A program made the translations under genes and the position numbers. The notes beneath the pieces are model-generated. The model searched no databases and was not told the DNA's origin. It worked only from the letters and a program-made list of their open reading frames with translations. From Octopus bimaculoides (taxonomy: Eukaryota), in contig NC_068991.1 in NCBI RefSeq assembly GCF_001194135.2, positions 56,039,972-56,103,971 on the forward strand: a DNA stretch of 64,000 bases, in the 5' to 3' direction. Shown here piece by piece: positions 61,131 through 64,000 of this stretch. Every line of letters starts with the position of its first letter. Within the stretch, counting starts at the first letter, position 1.

Positions 61131-63537
61131 GCAATGATATCCAGCCTTGTACATGGTGGCAACGAGGCAACATATCTATAAATATATAGGTCTATACTGA
61201 GGAGACCCATATACACACATTCATTCAAATATATATCCGTTCATCCATATAAGAGTTAGTTATAAGGGATTATTAATTTGGGCTAGAAACTTTGTTGACT
61301 CTCTGTTAATACAAAAACACCAGGCTAACAAAAGGTTTTCAGATTTGTATAGAACTCCAAATCCTAAGACAAGATCTGATGTTGGAATTCATCACCAAAT
61401 GACTTTGTAAATCCATGGTTGCATTCCCCAGTTAATATCATATTTTTCACAGAGTGATATACAAAAAAAGGCATAAATGATTGGCTTTACATATTTCTTT
61501 GTTTGTGCAACTTAGACTTACAACTGTTTCTGATATGCATTATAGGTGTGTTCATAGTTCTGTTTACTCAGTTGGTCAATTGCATATCAGAAACAGCTGT
61601 AAGTCTAAGATACACAAATAAAGAACTATGTAAAGCCTATTATTTATGCCTTTTCTCATGTATATGTGTGTGTGTATATACATATATGTATGTGTTTGTG
61701 TGTATATATATATACATACACACAGTGGGGAGGTCCAGTATTAAGGCAACCAAAGTTTTGGGCTTTGATAACTTTGTGGAGTTCTGTATTTTTATGTGGA
61801 TATCCAGGAATGGTAGTTCATTGCAACTGGATTCTGTCGTGAATTAGATAGATGGGTGAAGTGTGTTCGGTATATTGTTAAATATATTCAGATCTTCATT
61901 TGATTTGTCCCAGAAGATGAAGCAATCATCAAGGAAGCATTTCCACTTTTTAATGATATATTTCTTATATTCCTGATCAAAAGCTTTTTCTACTTCCTCA
62001 TAAAGTTTTTCTTCTAAGTATTCCATAACTAAGTTTGCATATGAAGGCACAAACCGCGTCCCTATAGCTGTGCCCTTTAACTGTCGATATGTTTTATTGC
62101 CAAATCTAAAGCTATTTTCCTCTAGTACTAGGCATGTGGCCTTAGTGATGAAGTCAGTCTTGAAGCATTCATTTATCCATTCTCTATGTTTCTCTACCCA
62201 GTGACTGATTGCTTCTAGGCCTAAATTGTGAGGTATATTAGTATAGAGATTGGTGATATCAAAACTTGTAAGTATAGTACCTTCAGCAACAGTGGAAGGG
62301 ATGTGTTGGATGAAATCTATGCCATGGATAGAAATCTATGCCATCCTGTACATAACTGTGTATTAAAGGGCACAAAGGTTTTAGGAGTATATCTAAAACT
62401 TGACTTAGTTGTGTTGGCGCTTGAGGTCCAGCAACTATTGGTCATAGTTTAAGGTCAGCAGGCCTTAGTATTTTTACGCAATGGTTCTTCTGTTTATTTA
62501 TGGCACTTTGTATTTCGGAGCTTTTGTGGATTTTGGGTAACCCATAAAAATTGCTCTCTTTGATTACAGAGTTGCATATATAGTATTTCTCCTTGTCTAT
62601 GAATCAATCTTGGAATTCATTGATTAGTCTTCTGATTTTATTCATTATCGTTTTTTCTGAGTGTCTTGGTTCTTCCTTGTAGTAGGTTTGGTTTGTTAAC
62701 ATTTCCAATATTTTATCTTTATCATAGTCTTTGTCCATGATTACTATCACCCCTCTCTTATCGGCTTCTTTTAGGATGATTGGGTTGTTATTTTTCAGTG
62801 TTTGTAAGGCTTCCTTTTCTTCTTCATGAAAGTTTTGTTTGCATCTGTGGGTATTTAGGGGAAATTTTGAAATCATGTCCTCAATTAGGCATAGTGCAAA
62901 TTATGCATAAATTTACTAGCGCAAATTATACATAACGCTACGGCTTTATAAGTTTGTTCAGAGTTGCCTCTCTAGGTACATCTCATTGACAAAAGCCAAG
63001 AAGCTTGAAACATCGATGTCTAGGATTCCTAATAGATGGCGACACTGAATGAACTGGGTGTTTTCACACATTTTTACCATAAGAAAGATATGTTCTCCAT
63101 AGTAACTGCAGTGTATTTGCTTTTAGCAGTTGAAATATGTCACAGACATATTTCAACTAACCTAAATTCTGCACGCATGTACATGTGTGTGTGTGTGTGT
63201 GTGTGTATGTGCGAGTTTATATCCCTATAACTTAGTGGTTGTTTGACTAAAATTCTTCAAGGTGGTACCTCAGCATCACCATAGTCTAATGACGGAAACT
63301 TGTAAAAGATAAGAGATATCTCCAACATAAATTTATTTGCATCTCAAATATAATTTATATAAATAAATTTCTTTTTAGGATACTGTAAAATATGTAGTGG
63401 TTGGTGGTAACATGAAAAGATGTAAGATATGTAAAAATGTTAAAGCTACTTCAACACCTCCACCCAAAGAGATCAATGAACCCCAAGAGACCGGACAACC
63501 TGAAGAAATCGACATAAACCTTGCTAAACAAAAACAG
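46506..63537 (+). CDS. BTB-BACK domain protein (KLHL/KBTBD-like N-terminus, no Kelch repeats in window) with long low-complexity exon and tandem repeat exons; probably 3'-partial
   Basis: Exons 46506-46851, 47594-48080, 48940-49030, 50654-52633, 57333-57452, 57746-57889, 60411-60572 and 63379-63537 join in one frame of about 1160 aa. BTB motifs: FCDTIV..FMVHSIMLACNSYIF, FELLLEYIYTGKL. BACK motifs: FVENNFSKV, LSRLLSSDNLNIRWELEVLDNLLKW, LIKHVRFTQM. Confidence 0.8.
47594..48080 (+). CDS. BTB gene exon: end of BTB plus BACK domain
   Basis: tttcag acceptor, CG|gtaacg donor, phase 1 to 2; BACK motifs. Confidence 0.9.
48339..48600 (+). mobile_element. tRNA-derived SINE, same family as 44831
   Basis: Highly similar to 44831-45075; (ATTT)n tail. 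Confidence 0.85.
48940..49030 (+). CDS. BTB gene linker exon (RQRYQLLRGD...ENSTT)
   Basis: gtatcag acceptor, ACA|gtaagg donor. This exon is needed to convert phase 2 to 0; splicing 48080 directly to 50654 hits a stop after 6 codons. Confidence 0.8.
49145..49480 (-). mobile_element. tRNA-derived SINE
   Basis: Reverse complement begins tgaaggtgcatggctcagtggttagagtgtcagactcataatcatgaggtagtgagttcaattcctgg. Confidence 0.7.
50654..52633 (+). CDS. BTB gene large exon, 660 aa, Asn/Ser/Lys-rich, no recognisable domain
   Basis: ttttcag acceptor, in frame with the 681-aa ORF 50642-52687; TTG|gtaaga donor in phase 0. Confidence 0.85.
52795..53190 (+). mobile_element. SINE (gttcaatcccactg...ccttgggcaagtgtcttctactatagcc family)
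   Basis: Same head and core at 37748-37915 (+), 20720-20855 (-), 21375-21525 (-) and about 56395 (+). Confidence 0.75.
54374..54772 (+). mobile_element. Longer copy of the ggcatccagctgtagaaac SINE-like family
   Basis: 3' part near-identical to 13433-13560; its start matches 63975-64000. Confidence 0.8.
55096..55973 (-). mobile_element. Internally deleted mariner element with both TIRs
   Basis: Minus ORF 55225-55410 PHPAYSPDLAPTDFHLF (mariner C-terminal motif); HTH-region remnant at about 55600-55790; left TIR aggtggtatcaaaaggttcc and right ggaactttttgatatcacct. Confidence 0.85.
56055..56281 (-). mobile_element. Reverse-oriented copy of the same SINE-like family
   Basis: Reverse complement of the 54560-54770 region. 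Confidence 0.8.
56811..57299. repeat. Inverted repeat, about 195-bp arms and 100-bp spacer
   Basis: 56811-57005 versus 57107-57299 are reverse complements with a few mismatches and one 2-nt indel. Confidence 0.92.
57333..57452 (+). CDS. Repeat exon 1, diverged (DWNDYPEEALYGYIHEEPISTSAFNREPRKPQEIFTKDER)
   Basis: ttttag|GAT, AGG|gtaggt, 120 nt, phase 0-0; shares tcaacatctgc and cct-aagagatc with the later repeat exons. Confidence 0.7.
57746..57889 (+). CDS. Repeat exon 2 (DTLKCVVIASDIKTCNECKDIEPTSESSPPRKTTETQNINIDLAEQEK)
   Basis: ttttag|GAT, AAA|gtaagt, 144 nt, phase 0-0. Confidence 0.75.
58172..58326 (+). pseudogene. Repeat exon 3, disrupted (in-frame TGA, no donor); pseudo-exon or alternative terminal exon
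   Basis: taag|GAT ACT GTT TAC...; colinear with repeat exons 4 and 5 but has TGA at 58289-58291 and lacks the terminal CAG|gt. Confidence 0.65.
58585..59270 (+). mobile_element. CR1/L2-like LINE 3' fragment
   Basis: RDLGIDMSDDTSFQVHI...WILRTF...LVLSHLDYCSQL*SP, then YWERLKQL...RRERY..IYIWKIL; stops and frameshifts. Confidence 0.8.
60411..60572 (+). CDS. Repeat exon 4 (DSANYVVVGSNMEEYNVSKNSKDASTSASPKLINQAQKTRQPEEINIDLAKQEQ)
   Basis: tttttag|GAT, CAG|gtaagt, 162 nt, phase 0-0. Confidence 0.78.
61835..62880 (-). mobile_element. Penelope-like element reverse transcriptase fragment
   Basis: Minus strand IILKEADKRGVIVIMDK, GTAIGTRFVPSYANLVM, FLDDCFIFW...LHPSI are PLE RT motifs. Confidence 0.8.
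63379..63537 (+). CDS. Repeat exon 5 (DTVKYVVVGGNMKRCKICKNVKATSTPPPKEINEPQETGQPEEIDINLAKQKQ)
   Basis: tttttag|GAT, CAG|gtaggt, 159 nt, phase 0-0. Confidence 0.78.
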
Positions 63538-63881
63538 GTAGGTGTTCATATTATGATATATTTTATCAAACTGTGTTCACAATACTGTAGTTATCAAGTT
63601 TTTATACTTTGAATATATGTATTTGTTATGTATATAAATCTGTGTCGTTAGAAAATTCAGCATAAATTCCTACGCACGCACGCACGCACGCACACGATAG
63701 ATCGCTAGCCACTACACGTTATTTGTTTTCTCTCTTTATTTCTTTCTGTGTCCCTTTCTGTGGAAGAGTGTAGGCTTGAAACGTTAAAGACTTTTTCAAT
63801 TCCCAAGCGTTAAAATAATACATCTGTTTGTTGTCTACACTATCTGTCTTCGTCTTTTGTTTTGTTTTTTGTGAATTCTCC

Positions 63882-63924
<43 letters not shown>

Positions 63925-64000
63925 ACCAAATTTGATGACTGGCACCCATGCCAACCTCCCCTCATTGGACACTAAACTCGGCTTGCAAAGACCTGTTGGG

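Overview
AT-rich, microsatellite- and SINE-dense animal genomic DNA with five N gaps. The repeat content and intron style suggest a cephalopod, probably Octopus (inference). Two spliced genes lie on the + strand. (1) The 3' part of a RIPOR/FAM65-family gene: 14 coding exons from 2944 to a stop at 29519, about 690 aa in the window, with the N-terminus upstream of the window. The reading frame is continuous across every junction, including one GC-AG intron. (2) A BTB-BACK (KLHL/KBTBD-like) gene starting at ATG 46506 with an MGTRFS myristoylation-type N-terminus. No Kelch repeats follow within the window. Instead there is a single 1980-nt low-complexity exon and then a tandem array of homologous phase 0-0 exons (57333-63537), one apparently broken, which may run past the window end. 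The rest is decayed transposons (two mariner, two RTE, and Tx1-, HERO-, CR1- and Penelope-like pieces), several tRNA-derived SINE families, and three long intronic palindromes, one carrying degenerate hammerhead ribozyme motifs. Exons were assembled by hand from splice signals, phase continuity and recalled family similarity. No database search was run. Repeat boundaries are approximate.
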